Positions 53,040 through 64,000 of a stretch of 64,000 nucleotides of DNA are shown here, piece by piece. Under the pieces are notes generated by a model. It was not told the origin of the DNA and ran no database searches. It saw only the letters and a program-made list of their open reading frames with translations. Origin of the DNA: an uncultured delta proteobacterium. GTDB lineage: Bacteria; Myxococcota_A; Polyangia; Palsa-1104. The translations under genes and the position numbers were made by a program. The DNA is taken from assembly GCA_963785725.1 (NCBI GenBank), contig CAWAWS010000003.1, forward strand, positions 128,001 to 192,000, in the 5' to 3' direction. Positions within the stretch are counted from its first letter, which is position 1, and the number at the start of each line of letters is the position of its first letter.

Positions 53040-53276
53040 TTGTTTAGATGTCAGCTCTGTAAGCAAGTCGCCCCGCCTCGCATTTCCCAGACCCGAATCG
53101 TCGTCGAGACCCGCGCGATCGTCTATCCACGACGAGCGCACGCGCACGGTTTACGCAGTCTTGCGCGCGATCGTTGGGACGACGATCCCGGCGGAACCGG
53201 CACCGCCATCGTGCGCGAAGCCGTCGCCTGCCCCGACTGCGCCCGCAAGGCCGCGCCGGTCGTCAGACGCGAATGA
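53040..53276 (+). CDS. Small zinc-ribbon-like protein
   Basis: TTG start; FRCQLC ... DDPGGTG..IVRE..ACPDC. Confidence 0.6.
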   Translation: MFRCQLCKQVAPPRISQTRIVVETRAIVYPRRAHAHGLRSLARDRWDDDPGGTGTAIVREAVACPDCARKAAPVVRRE

Positions 53277-53362
53277 CCGTCTGCGCGACGAGCGAGCGCC
53301 CGGCAATCGAATAGGAACCCGTGGTCGTGCATATCGCGTAGCGCAGCGCGTGGAAGCGCGGC

Positions 53363-53788
53363 TCATTCGCGGTCGAGGATCTGTCGCGCTTCCGTCTGGA
53401 TGGTCGCGGGCGCGCCGCTGAAATAGCGCTGCACGGCGTTGGCGCCGGCCCGATCGGTCAGCGGCGTCGCGCGCAGCGCGTCGAGGCGCTCGATCCAAAA
53501 CTCGAACGTCGCCAGCAAGCTGACGACCTGGCCGCCGCTGAACGCATGCTCGCTCGCGACCGCGCGAATCTGCGCGATCTTGCCGTCGGCGAAGGACTCG
53601 GCCGTCACGGCGGCCAATAAGGCGTCGAACGTCGCCGCATCGGTCGGCCGTCGCGGATGCGGATGCGGATATGGATAGGGCGTGCCCGCGCTCGCGGTCG
53701 AGGCCAACAGGCCGACGGTCAACACCGATTGCATGAGTAGACGCACCACAGGCTTGGACGTCGCCGCGCGCGCTTTATTCGCGGTCAT
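53363..53788 (-). CDS. Secreted DUF4476-like protein
   Basis: Signal peptide; F..LL..V.AESF.D.K pattern. Confidence 0.6.
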   Translation of the reverse strand: MTANKARAATSKPVVRLLMQSVLTVGLLASTASAGTPYPYPHPHPRRPTDAATFDALLAAVTAESFADGKIAQIRAVASEHAFSGGQVVSLLATFEFWIERLDALRATPLTDRAGANAVQRYFSGAPATIQTEARQILDRE

Positions 53789-54079
53789 CTGAAATTCGCG
53801 CGCGCCAGCGTCATCCCGACATCCTAGGCGCAAAACCGCGCGCAGCCATCGGCCGGCGCCCCGATCGACGCGTGCGGACCGGCACATGTTGCTGCGGGAG
53901 ACCGTCCATCCGCTATCGTTGACAAACGTCCGTTATATTAGATATCGTCATCCAACGTCGGCCGATGCGGGAAATTACGCCATGAATCGCGGCTACGCAG
54001 GCCGATACGGCGCGCTCACGGCGCCGGCTAGCGGATTCGTCCGTTATGGCGGATGGCGCGCTGACGCGAGGCGGGCCGC

Positions 54080-55890
54080 GTGAACGACTCGCTGGCGATC
54101 GCGGCGCCCAGCGCCGAGCCGGTGCGTTCGGCGTACGACGGCGACAGCCTGCGCAAAGACGTGCTCGCCGGCATCACCGTCGCCGCCATCTCGCTGCCGC
54201 AGGCGATGGCCTACGCGCTCATCGCCGGCGTCGACCCGCGCTTCGGGCTCTACTCGGCCATCGTCGTCACCGCCATCGCGTCGCTGTTCGGCTCGTCGTC
54301 GCACCTCATCAACGGCCCGACGAACGCCATCTCGCTCGTCACCTTCAGCGCGCTCGCCTACTTCGAGCCCGAGGCCAAGCTCGACGCCTACGAGGCCATG
54401 TTCTTGCTCGGCATCCTCGTCGGCGCGCTGCAAATCGTCATCGCCGTCCTCAAGCTCGGCGACCTGACGCGCTACATCTCCGAGGCCATCATCGTCGGCT
54501 TCATGGCCGGCGCCGGCCTGCTCATCGCGCTCGGCCAGGTCGGCGAACCTCGTCGGGCTCGCCGATCGCGGGACGCGCCATCAGACGGTCATTCATCGGC
54601 TGTGGCTGACGTTGGCCGGCGACGGGCACGTCAACCCGCGCGCGGCCGTGCTCGGCGTGGCGACGATCGTCCTCGTCGTCGCCGCGCGTCGCCTTCTGGC
54701 CGCGCTCAGGCTGCCGAAGGTCGACCTCCTCCTGGCGCTGCTCGCCGCCGCCGCCGTCGCCGCGCAGCTCGGCTGGACGACGGCGCGCGCCGATGGCTCG
54801 ACGCTCGTCGCCGTCGTCGGCAACGTGCCTGCCGGCCTGCCCGCGTTTCACGTGCCGGCGATTCAGCTCGCCTGGCTGCGCGAGCTCGGCGGCAGCGCCG
54901 GCGCCATCGCCGTCCTCGGCCTGCTCGAAGCCATCGCCATCTCGAAGTCGATCGCCAATTCGACGGGACAACGCCTCGACTACAACCGCCAATGCCTCGC
55001 CGAAGGGCTGGCCAACCTCGGCGGCGGCTTCTTCCAATGCCTACCCGGCTCGGGCTCGCTCACGCGCTCGGCCATCAACCATCAGGCCGGCGCCGTCAGC
55101 CGCGCGTCGGGCCTGTTCGCCGCCGCGACGGTCGCCGTCGTCGTCGCGCTGTTGGCGCCGCTGGCGCGCTTCGTCCCCAAAGCGGCGCTGGCCGGCCTGC
55201 TCATGGTCACCGCCGTCCGCCTCGTCGACTGGCGCCGCCTCGCCTACGCGCTGCGCGCCTCGCGCTTCGACGCCGCGCTCGTCGTCGTCACGGCCTTCAC
55301 CGCCATCTTCCTCAGCGTCGAATATTCGATCCTCGTCGGCGTCGTGCTGTCGATCGTCCTCTTCGTCCCGCGCGCGGCCAAGCTGCAGGCGCGCGAGCTG
55401 ACGGTCGCCGCCGACCGTGTCATCCGCGGCCGACAAACGGGCGATCCGCAGTGCCGCCCCATCGTCATCTACGACCTCGAGGGCGAGCTCTTCTTCGGCG
55501 CCGCGCTGCAGCTCGAGCGCCACTTCGACGAGCTGCGCCAACGCACGCGCGCCGGCGCCAAAGTCGTCATCTTGCGCCTGCGCCGCACGCGCAACCCCGA
55601 TTCTCGTGTGCCTCGAGCGCCTCGAGCAGTTCATCCGCGAGCTCGACGGCCGCGGCATCGTCGTGCTCTTGAGCGGCGTCGGCGCCGACGTCAGCCGCAC
55701 GATGGACAACTTACGCTTCCACCGCTGGCTGCCGCGCGAACGCGTCTTTCTGCGCGCGGTCGAGGCGCCCGGCTCGTCGACGATCGCCGCCGTCCGCCAC
55801 GCCTATCGACTGTTGCCGGCCGACACCGCAGCCTGCGCGCATTGCGCCGCCATTCGCCCCGCCGCGCCCGACATTTACTACATGATCTGA
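54080..55890 (+). CDS. SulP/SLC26 anion transporter with STAS domain, frameshifts near 54545 and 55600
   Basis: DVLAGITVAAISLPQAMAYALIAG, GPTNA, GSGSLTRS, LEGELFFG. Confidence 0.88.
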
Positions 55891-55918
55891 CGTCAACCGC
55901 GAACGGTCAGGCCACGCA

Positions 55919-56395
55919 TCAGAGTCGTCTCCAAAGGCGCAACGGCCGATCCGATGCGTCCTCGACTTTCTCCCAGCCGAGTCGCTCGTAAAGGCGTAGC
56001 GCTGGATTCGTACGACCGACGGACAGACTGACGCCCGAAACACCTCGAATACGCGCCGCCGCAATGAGCTCATTGAGGAGCTCAGTGCCAATTCCTCGAC
56101 CGCGATGGCTGTCGGCGACTGCGATGGACATGACCGGCGTACTGCTGTCGATGAATCCGGTCAGCCCCGCTTCGTCTCCAGTGAAGCGGCGACACCACGC
56201 CGCACCCAAGGGGATTTCCTCCTCGGCGACAACGCCCAGATCCCCGGCGCGCATCCAGCCTTCGATCCAAGGAATGACGTGCGGCGCGCAGGCGGCCTCC
56301 TCCAGCGGCGGAATACGCCCCGGCCGAAAAGCGGCCTGGACGATCATCTGCCGCAGAAACTCCAAGTCGCCTTCATTTGCCTGACGAAATCTCAT
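55919..56395 (-). CDS. GNAT acetyltransferase
   Basis: RGRGIG acetyl-CoA motif, NPALRLYERLG. Confidence 0.9.
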   Translation of the reverse strand: MRFRQANEGDLEFLRQMIVQAAFRPGRIPPLEEAACAPHVIPWIEGWMRAGDLGVVAEEEIPLGAAWCRRFTGDEAGLTGFIDSSTPVMSIAVADSHRGRGIGTELLNELIAAARIRGVSGVSLSVGRTNPALRLYERLGWEKVEDASDRPLRLWRRL

Positions 56396-56457
56396 TGACG
56401 ATGATTGTCGGCTCCTAGCCGCGACCGTTCAACCGCGGCGAGCCCGATGCTTAGCGC

Positions 56458-58758
56458 TTAGAAGCGGTAGCTGGCGCGCGCGAAGAAGTTGAAGCCCGGC
56501 GCCGGATTGGGCGTATTTTCCAGCGTCGGCGTCAGGTCATTGAAGTTATCGGGGAACCAATAGCGCTGATTGAGCACGTTGTAGAACTGACCGCTCAGCT
56601 GGAAGCGCTCGTCATTGAAGCGCAAGCGAAAGCCGAGCTGCAGGTTCGCCACCGGCGTCAAGCGATCGAACGTCAGCGACGACTGCGGCGCGACGGTCGT
56701 GCCGGTAATGTTGTTACCGACGCCGCCATAACTCGTGCCTGGCGACGTCGGATAGCGATTGACGTCCTCGTAAGCGCCGAACACGTTCAAGTTGGCGTTG
56801 AGATCGAGCAGCCCTTTGACGATGTTGAACGAGCCGCCGATGACGAGCCAGTTGTTGGGCGTGGCGCGAATGACGCCGGCGTCGGTCGTGATCGCATAAA
56901 GGTAAGTATAAGACGCCTGCAAGAAGTGATTGCCGTTCAAATAGAGCTTGCCGTAGGCCTCGACCGAGTGAATGGCGCGCTTACCGAAGTTGTCGTACGC
57001 GCCGCGCTGAATCTGAATCAGATTCGATAGTACGGTGTACGAATAATCGGCGCGCAGCTCGAGCTCGCGCACTTTGCGCACGTTGCGCAGCACGCGCGCG
57101 TTGAGCTCGCCCTGAAACGCCTGCGACGACTCCGTCTGCAAATGCGGGTTCGAGCCGTAATCGATGCCACCGGCGGGAATCGACGTGTTCTGAAACACCG
57201 GCGCGCGGAAGCCCGTCGCGTAGTTCGCCTTCACGTGAAAGTCGGGCAGGAAGTTCCAGACGATGGCGGCCGAGCCGAGCGGAATGAGGTCATACGGCAG
57301 ATCGCCGAAGCCCTTCTGCAGACGAACACCCGCGTCGAGGGTCAGCTTGCGGAACGGATGCCACTGCGCGTCGACATAACCGGCGGCGACATAACGACCG
57401 GTATCGGAGGCGAAGACGCGCGGACAGGTCGGCAGCGGCGCGGTGCCGTTGGCGTTGACCGGGCAAAGCAGCGGCAAGAGCGTGCTGTCGAGCGGCTCGT
57501 TGAACTTCTGCGTCGAGTCGCGCACGCCCTCGTAAAAGAACTCGCCGCCGACGAGCAGACGAATATTGAGCGGCAAGTCGTAGTCGAGATCGGCCGTCGT
57601 TCCGGCGCGGAAGATGAACTGATTGACCGAGAAGTTCAAGCCGCCGAGGCCGGTCAGCTGACCATCGGCGCCGAGCTTGTTGGGGAAGAAGAACGACGGC
57701 GGAAACAGCGTATCGCCGAAGTTACGCACGAACTCGGTGCCGTACCCTTTGACGGTGAACCCGAGCTTCTCGTTGAGGAAGCGATCTTTGTACTCGAGCA
57801 TCGCGTAGCGGTCATAGAGGTTCCAAAGGTTGTTCTTACCGCTTTGCAGTGCATTGGCGAAGATGATGCCCGAGTGCTGATCGCCGAACGGCACCATGTA
57901 ATAGAGGCTGAGCGGCCCATACGAGTATTTGCCGTCGATGGTGACGAGCCAGCTGCGCGCCGGATCGCTCGTCGACACGTTGCCGTAGAACGCGTTACCG
58001 CCCGGCTGCGGCGACGGCGCCGACGTGATGAACTGCGGCGCCGTATAGACTTCGCCGATATCGCTCTCGTAAGAGACGTGCTGAAAAATCCTCAGCTTTC
58101 CCGCCAAGAACGTCTTACCGAACATCGCATATGTCTTGAAGTCCTGCTTATTGCCGTTGCCGTCACCATAACCGGCCGCGATCTCGACGCCGTTTACGTC
58201 CTCGGCGTCTTTGGTGATCATATTGACGATACCGAGGAACGAGTTGGCGCCCCAAAGCACGCCGCCCGGGCCGGTGACGACCTCGATACGCTTGATGTTC
58301 TCGACCGGCTGCGTGCGGTTGGACCAGGACAAATTGCCCCAGGGATCGAAGAGCGACATTCCGTCGCGCATGAAGAGCGCGGCCTGACTGACGCCGCGCA
58401 CCATCGGCAGCTGCACTTGATTGCCGAGGCCGTGCTCGTCGAGCCAACCGGGCACGGTCTCCAGCGCCTGCATGATCGTGCGATGGCCGCGCTCTTTGAT
58501 CTCGTCGGCCGTGATGATCGTGATGATCGCCGGCGCCTCTTGCACCGTCGTCACGCCCTTCGCCGCCGAGGTCACGACGTTGGCGAGGTCGATCTCGCGA
58601 TCGGCGTCGAGCGCGATATCGGGCTCGTTGGTGCTCGACTCCGAAGGCTGCGGAACCGGATCGGGCAGCGCCACGTCCTGCGCAAACGCCACATTCGCCG
58701 TCGACAATACAATCGCGACGAGCGACGAGATGAACGACGCTGCCAGCATTCGTTTCAT
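56458..58758 (-). CDS. TonB-dependent receptor
   Basis: Plug EAPAIITIITADEI..G, IKRIEVVTGPGGVLWG, ends YRF. Confidence 0.93.
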   Translation of the reverse strand: MKRMLAASFISSLVAIVLSTANVAFAQDVALPDPVPQPSESSTNEPDIALDADREIDLANVVTSAAKGVTTVQEAPAIITIITADEIKERGHRTIMQALETVPGWLDEHGLGNQVQLPMVRGVSQAALFMRDGMSLFDPWGNLSWSNRTQPVENIKRIEVVTGPGGVLWGANSFLGIVNMITKDAEDVNGVEIAAGYGDGNGNKQDFKTYAMFGKTFLAGKLRIFQHVSYESDIGEVYTAPQFITSAPSPQPGGNAFYGNVSTSDPARSWLVTIDGKYSYGPLSLYYMVPFGDQHSGIIFANALQSGKNNLWNLYDRYAMLEYKDRFLNEKLGFTVKGYGTEFVRNFGDTLFPPSFFFPNKLGADGQLTGLGGLNFSVNQFIFRAGTTADLDYDLPLNIRLLVGGEFFYEGVRDSTQKFNEPLDSTLLPLLCPVNANGTAPLPTCPRVFASDTGRYVAAGYVDAQWHPFRKLTLDAGVRLQKGFGDLPYDLIPLGSAAIVWNFLPDFHVKANYATGFRAPVFQNTSIPAGGIDYGSNPHLQTESSQAFQGELNARVLRNVRKVRELELRADYSYTVLSNLIQIQRGAYDNFGKRAIHSVEAYGKLYLNGNHFLQASYTYLYAITTDAGVIRATPNNWLVIGGSFNIVKGLLDLNANLNVFGAYEDVNRYPTSPGTSYGGVGNNITGTTVAPQSSLTFDRLTPVANLQLGFRLRFNDERFQLSGQFYNVLNQRYWFPDNFNDLTPTLENTPNPAPGFNFFARASYRF

Positions 58759-58760
58759 CG

Positions 58761-60623
58761 TTATTGCTCCACGATGATGAACTCGACGCGGCGATTCTTC
58801 GCGCGAGCCTCGGCCGTCTTGCGTTTGTCGATCGGGTGCGTGTCACCATAGCCGACGGCTTGCAGCCGCTCCGGCTCGACACCCTTACGAATCATGAACG
58901 AGCGCACCGCTTCGGCGCGCAGCTGCGAGAGCTCCAAGTTCTTCTTCGGCGACCCGACGTCGTCGGTGTGGCCTTCGACGCGGATGCGCTTCACTTGCGG
59001 ATTCGACTTCATCTTCTCGGCGACGCGCTCGACCAACGCCTGCGAACGCGCGATCAACCGATCCGAGCCCTCTTCGAACTGAATGTTCTCGGGTAGCTCG
59101 ATCTTCCCGCCCGTAATCGCGATACCGCCGCCGCTCGTGCCCGAATCGGGGCAGCCGTCGCCGTCGTCGATGCCGTTGAACGTCTCCGGCTCGTTCGGGC
59201 ACTTATCGACCGCGTCGGGAATGCCGTCGCCGTCGTTATCCAAATCGGGGCAGCCGTCATCATCCTGGAATCCATCTTTGTCTTCCGGATCATTCGGGCA
59301 TTTATCCTGCGCGTCGGGAATTCCGTCGCCGTCATTATCGATATCGGGGCAGCCGTCTTCGTCCTGATAACCGTCACGATCTTCGGGCTCGTTCGGGCAT
59401 TTATCGTTCTTATCGGCAATGCCGTCTTGATCGTTATCCAAGTCGGGACAGCCGTCTTCGTCGTCGAAGCCGTCCTTGTCTTCCGGCTCGGTCGGACACA
59501 AATCGGACGCGTCGGGAATGCCGTCGCCGTCGCTGTCGATGCCGCCGCCGACGCCGCCTTTGCCGCCTTCGGCGGGCGCCCACGTCACGCCGCCGAACAC
59601 GCGGAAATCGTCGTGTCGCTCGGACGTCGTGATGACGCCGGCGCCCGCGCCCACGCCGACTGAGACGTCGCGCGCCGGGAAGAACTGAAAGCCGCCCAAT
59701 ACATCGGCGGTGAAATCCTTACCAGCATCGAGCGGACCCGACGCCGAGCCGACGAGCGGAATGAGGCCGAATACTTCCGCCGCCACGCCGGCCCAGCGCA
59801 CGAAGCGATAAGCGACGCCCGCCGACCACGTGAGCTCGTCGCTGACATCGATGAGCGAGCGCGGCCGCGCGACGCCGGTCGTCCCCGATTGCACCGGATC
59901 ATTGGGCGAATAAATGATCGTCTCTTTGCGAACGATGGCGCCCACGTTGAGGGCGACCGTAAACGGCCCGCGCGTCACGTCGGCGATGAGCGTCGGGCGA
60001 AACGTGAAGTCGGTGTCGCCGAGAAATGCCGCGTCGTCGCCAAAGGGCAACGTGACGACGGCCGATAAGCCCATACCGAAGATTCCCGCGCGGAACAGCC
60101 GCGCTTTGAAGCCAATGCGCCAATCGAGCGGCGCGGCGTTCGGCGGCGGCACGTTGGTGAAGCTGCCGTTGCTATAGAATCCGGTGCGGCTGATATTCGG
60201 ATCGGAGGCCGATCCGTAAGTGCCATATTCCGCCGTATAACTCTGCGCCGACACCGGCAAGTCGATGACGAGCTCGAGCCAATCGGTGAGCCCCAAGTGA
60301 ATGCCGAAGTTCAGCACCGCTTGATAACCCATCACCGACTGCAAACCGGGCGCTTTCGGGTTCGCGCTCGCCAATGAGCAAGTGCTCGTCAATGGACAGA
60401 GCCCGAGTCGCAGCGGATTCTGCGCGTAATTGAGGAATAGCTTGAAGCCGAAATCCCATTGATGGGAAGTCTGCGAACGATCGACGGTAAAGATGCCGTA
60501 GCTGTCGAGCGCGGGATGAAAGAGCTCGGAGTCGACGCCACGCTGCGCCTCGGCGCGACCGCCGGTAGCCAGGACCGCGCACAGCGCGGCGGCAGCGAGA
60601 ATTGACGCACTCAGTCGATGCAT
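58761..60623 (-). CDS. OmpA-family protein with N-terminal barrel and TSP3 repeats (TraB-like architecture)
   Basis: DxDxDGIPD..DKCPNEPED repeats; VEGHTD, NLELSQLRA, KNRRVEF. Confidence 0.9.
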   Translation of the reverse strand: MHRLSASILAAAALCAVLATGGRAEAQRGVDSELFHPALDSYGIFTVDRSQTSHQWDFGFKLFLNYAQNPLRLGLCPLTSTCSLASANPKAPGLQSVMGYQAVLNFGIHLGLTDWLELVIDLPVSAQSYTAEYGTYGSASDPNISRTGFYSNGSFTNVPPPNAAPLDWRIGFKARLFRAGIFGMGLSAVVTLPFGDDAAFLGDTDFTFRPTLIADVTRGPFTVALNVGAIVRKETIIYSPNDPVQSGTTGVARPRSLIDVSDELTWSAGVAYRFVRWAGVAAEVFGLIPLVGSASGPLDAGKDFTADVLGGFQFFPARDVSVGVGAGAGVITTSERHDDFRVFGGVTWAPAEGGKGGVGGGIDSDGDGIPDASDLCPTEPEDKDGFDDEDGCPDLDNDQDGIADKNDKCPNEPEDRDGYQDEDGCPDIDNDGDGIPDAQDKCPNDPEDKDGFQDDDGCPDLDNDGDGIPDAVDKCPNEPETFNGIDDGDGCPDSGTSGGGIAITGGKIELPENIQFEEGSDRLIARSQALVERVAEKMKSNPQVKRIRVEGHTDDVGSPKKNLELSQLRAEAVRSFMIRKGVEPERLQAVGYGDTHPIDKRKTAEARAKNRRVEFIIVEQ

Positions 60624-61166
60624 GATCCGCTAACGCCCCCTTCGACGATCGCGACCCGTAAAGCTATGAGCTTGCGCAAAAACCATATACGAAAGCAAAA
60701 TAATTGAATCTAATTTCGTGCGCGATTTTGCGCGTAACGCCTAAGTGGCCGCGTGTTTCCGGGTGCGTGGAACACAGGCTTCGCTCGTCGACGCGAGGCT
60801 TCCTCTTACTTTGTTGACGAGATGTCTCCATTTCGCCCCTTGCTTATTTAGGCGACGCGACAAATTCCGATCACGCTAGAAAAATGCACCACTGTCCGGC
60901 AAGCGTTCGGCGCTCTGTTTCGCGGACGCCAACGCGGCGATAGTCGCGGGGCATCCGCAAGCGCAATGACCAAAGTCCGGCGGCGCAGCCGCGCGACGCT
61001 GGTCGACGGAGACGATCCGCGCTACGCGACGAGAAGCCGGTCGCCGTACCAATCGGCGATCGACCCGGTCGCAGCGGAATCTAATGAGAGCGGGGATTGA
61101 GCGGGGATTTTCGGTCGTAGCAAACGCGCAAGCGGGATTACGACGTGCGGTGGCGAGAGTGGGCGC

Positions 61167-64000
61167 TTACAACGCGGGCTGCTTGGGAGCCGGGATGCGC
61201 TGCGCCACGCGCGGCTCGCTGCGCTCGACCACGATCGTCCGCTGCGACTGCACCTGCGCCGACTCGCGCGCAACGATCGTGACGAAGTTGGCGCCCGGCC
61301 ACAGCGGAATATCGGCGTCGAACGCCTGCGTCGCCGGATTGGTCGCCTTGCGATTCGAGCGGTAGAAGACTTTGCGGCGATCGATCTTCGCCGTCCGATT
61401 GGACACGAAGACGAACAGATCGGTCACGCGATCGTCATCTTTGGCCGTCCCGCTCAAACGAATCGTCGACGCATCGACGATGCCCGGCTGCGGCGTCAGC
61501 TCCAGCGTCGGCGGCGAGACCTCGCGCGCCGTCGGCCGCGCCAGCTTGGCGTTCGCGGCCACGATCGGAAAGGACAGCTTATCCGTCACGTACTCGTGCA
61601 GCACCGAATCGTAGACGGTCAGCTCGACTTTTGCTGCGTCGCCTTTGTATTCGGGACGCACGTCGAACGTGAAGTCGACCGACTTTGCTTCGCCCGGCGC
61701 CAGATTGTCGACATTGAAGCGGCCCTTATTGATGAAGAGCCCTTCATCCGACAGATTGCGCAGCTGCGCCAACGTCTCGTTCGCCTTACCGGTACCTGCA
61801 TTCTTTACGGTGACATGCAGTCGCACCGACTCGCCGCGCTGCAATAGCCCGTCGCCATTGCCTTTGATGTCGTCGAAGATTTGATAAGCGTACGAGAACA
61901 TCGGTCGCGCCGGCCCGTCCACTTTGACGACGAGCTCGCTGGCGTCGAGCTGCGCCTTGGCGCCGTGCTCCTCGGCGACATTCAGCGTCAGCGGATCGAC
62001 GCGCGTCAACGCGTCTTTCGGCAGTTTGACCGGCATCGTAAAGGCGCGCGACTCGCCCGGCTTGATACGACCGAACAAGAACTCGCGACCGTCGAAATAA
62101 GGATCGTCCGCCTTCAACGCCGCCCGCACTTGCGTGGCCACGCCCTGGCCTTTATTGGTCACTTTCGCGGTCAACTTGATGGTGTCGCCCGCGCTCGCTT
62201 CCGCCTTATCCGCGACGATCGACGCCACCAGCAGCGGCGACGGGCCGGCGACGCTGCCGCCCGACGTCCAATCGATGCCCTGCTTCTTCAGCGCGTCGAC
62301 GATGCGACGCTCCTCTTCGCCGGCTTTCTTGTCGAAGAACGGCTGCGCCGAGGCCAGCACTTCACGCCGCTTCCAGCCCTTGGCCGACGACAAAAGGTCG
62401 CGCGCGAAATCGACCTCGTAATCCTCGACGAGCGCATCGGGATCGCGAAACGCCGCTTCGTCACTATCGCTGCCATTGTCGTCATTGGCGTCGCCGTCGT
62501 CATCATCGTCGGCCGACGGCAACCGCTTGTTCGAATCGCGCGCCAGATACTTGAACGTCGCGAACGGCTTATCGCCGCTGGCCGCATATTTCGACTGCAA
62601 ATGCGCCTCCAGATCGGCTTCGCTCATGCCCTTATAGTCGCGATAGAACCAGACGCCTTGATCCTTGTCGAAGACCACCTTATCGAGCTCGACGTCGGGC
62701 GTGATACCGACCGACTGAATCGAGACGTCACCGGGCGTCAGATACTGCGCGATCGTCAGCTTGAGCGCCGAGCCGTCGCCGTTCTCGTAGACCAGCTGCA
62801 CCGAGCCTTTACCGAAGCTGCGCGTACCGATGATCACGGCGCGATCGAGGTTCTTGAGTGCACCGGCGACGATCTCGGAGGCCGAGGCCGAGCCGTGATT
62901 GACGAGCACCGCCATCGGAATCTGCGACTGCGAGCCGGGCGTCGCGCGCTTCTCTTCGCGCTGTTTGTTGGCGTAACCGACCGTCGTCACGATCGTCCCC
63001 GAATCGACATATTCATCGACGACCTTGACCGCCTGATCGAGCAATCCGCCGGGATTACCGCGCAGGTCGAGCACCAACGACTTGAGCCCCTTGGACTTCA
63101 AATCGGCCATCGCATGACGCATCTCATTGTCGCTGTTGCCGGCAAAGCTCCCGTGCAGCTTGATGAGACCGACGCCATTGGCGAGCATCTTGTAATCGAC
63201 CGTCACCGTCGTGACGATGGCGCGCCGAATGGTCAGCTTACGCGCCTGGTTGTTGGTCTCGTTGGCGTGGCGCACCCAAATATTGACGGTCGTATCGGGA
63301 TCGCCCGACATATGCGCGACGGCGTCATTGAGCAGCATATTGATCGTCGATTGACCATCGATGCGCACGATGCGATCGCCGGTGCGAATCCCGGCATTGA
63401 ACGCCGGCGTGCCCGGAAACGGCTTCAACACCGTCAATTCGCCCTTACGCAGACCAATGAGAATGCCGAGACCGCCGTAAGAGCCGCGCGTGTGCTGTTG
63501 CATCTCGGTAAACGACGCCGGATCGAGCAGCATCGAGTGCGGATCGAGCGTCGAGAGCATGCCATTCGTCGCCGCGTAATCGATGTTGCGCACGCTCTCG
63601 AAGTCGAGACCGGGCGGCAGATTGAGCGCGACGAAGCGGAAGATCTCTTTCATCTTCATCGACAACGACCAGGGCGAATCGACATCGGCGATCGAGAACT
63701 CTTGCCGCGCCGTATCGACACTCACTTTGACTTTGTTCTGCTCGGGATGCGGCTCGACGAGAATCTCCGCTTCCGACTTTTGCACTTGGTCGAGCGCCGC
63801 CAATAGCATTTGCTTGGGATCGACGCGCGTCGGATCGACATACGAGTCATTGACGCGCATGAGCGTATTGTTGAAGACGTGGAGCGCGGACAAATCATAA
63901 GGGTGCTTATTGTCGCTCGGCTCGGCGCGCAGCGGCGTGGCGCCGATGTCGACGATCCCGGCCGAGCCCGACTTGCGGACGGTCAGAAATGTCGCCAGGA
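61167..64000 (-). CDS. S41/CtpA-type PDZ serine peptidase with CARDB-like C-terminus (myxobacterial type); 5' end outside window
   Basis: LDPHS, GGLGI, DLRGNPGG, SASASEI, FGKGSVQ; the frame stays open to the window edge. Confidence 0.92.
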   Translation of the reverse strand, partial: LATFLTVRKSGSAGIVDIGATPLRAEPSDNKHPYDLSALHVFNNTLMRVNDSYVDPTRVDPKQMLLAALDQVQKSEAEILVEPHPEQNKVKVSVDTARQEFSIADVDSPWSLSMKMKEIFRFVALNLPPGLDFESVRNIDYAATNGMLSTLDPHSMLLDPASFTEMQQHTRGSYGGLGILIGLRKGELTVLKPFPGTPAFNAGIRTGDRIVRIDGQSTINMLLNDAVAHMSGDPDTTVNIWVRHANETNNQARKLTIRRAIVTTVTVDYKMLANGVGLIKLHGSFAGNSDNEMRHAMADLKSKGLKSLVLDLRGNPGGLLDQAVKVVDEYVDSGTIVTTVGYANKQREEKRATPGSQSQIPMAVLVNHGSASASEIVAGALKNLDRAVIIGTRSFGKGSVQLVYENGDGSALKLTIAQYLTPGDVSIQSVGITPDVELDKVVFDKDQGVWFYRDYKGMSEADLEAHLQSKYAASGDKPFATFKYLARDSNKRLPSADDDDDGDANDDNGSDSDEAAFRDPDALVEDYEVDFARDLLSSAKGWKRREVLASAQPFFDKKAGEEERRIVDALKKQGIDWTSGGSVAGPSPLLVASIVADKAEASAGDTIKLTAKVTNKGQGVATQVRAALKADDPYFDGREFLFGRIKPGESRAFTMPVKLPKDALTRVDPLTLNVAEEHGAKAQLDASELVVKVDGPARPMFSYAYQIFDDIKGNGDGLLQRGESVRLHVTVKNAGTGKANETLAQLRNLSDEGLFINKGRFNVDNLAPGEAKSVDFTFDVRPEYKGDAAKVELTVYDSVLHEYVTDKLSFPIVAANAKLARPTAREVSPPTLELTPQPGIVDASTIRLSGTAKDDDRVTDLFVFVSNRTAKIDRRKVFYRSNRKATNPATQAFDADIPLWPGANFVTIVARESAQVQSQRTIVVERSEPRVAQRIPAPKQPAL

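Overview
High-GC chromosomal window. The gene content (Cys-rich lipoproteins, Ser/Thr kinase-TPR module, MYXO-CTERM-like tail, TSP3/OmpA protein, type III PKS-ACP-FAAL cluster) suggests Myxococcota, probably Polyangia-like; this is inference. The left end holds the 5' part of a minus-strand tRNA array (12 tRNA genes read by eye, many non-canonical). One of them, tRNA-Glu, is split by a 162-nt hairpin-forming insertion. The array is preceded by a 50-aa leader ORF that uses all 20 amino acids and whose last codons form an antiterminator competing with a long hairpin. This is a candidate ribosome-sensing attenuator for backup tRNAs and is the best candidate for an undescribed system. A second unusual locus is a marR-MFS efflux unit with about 10 tandem copies of the marR promoter operator between the two genes, plus three other repeat arrays. 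The rest is mostly ordinary metabolic, regulatory and envelope genes (dps, map, metH with a SahR-like regulator, MFS pumps, SulP, TonB-dependent receptor, S41 and S8 peptidases), plus an Rhs remnant with an orphan Imm26-like gene. Several genes carry single-base frameshifts, most likely assembly errors. All family calls are by motif recognition without database searches.
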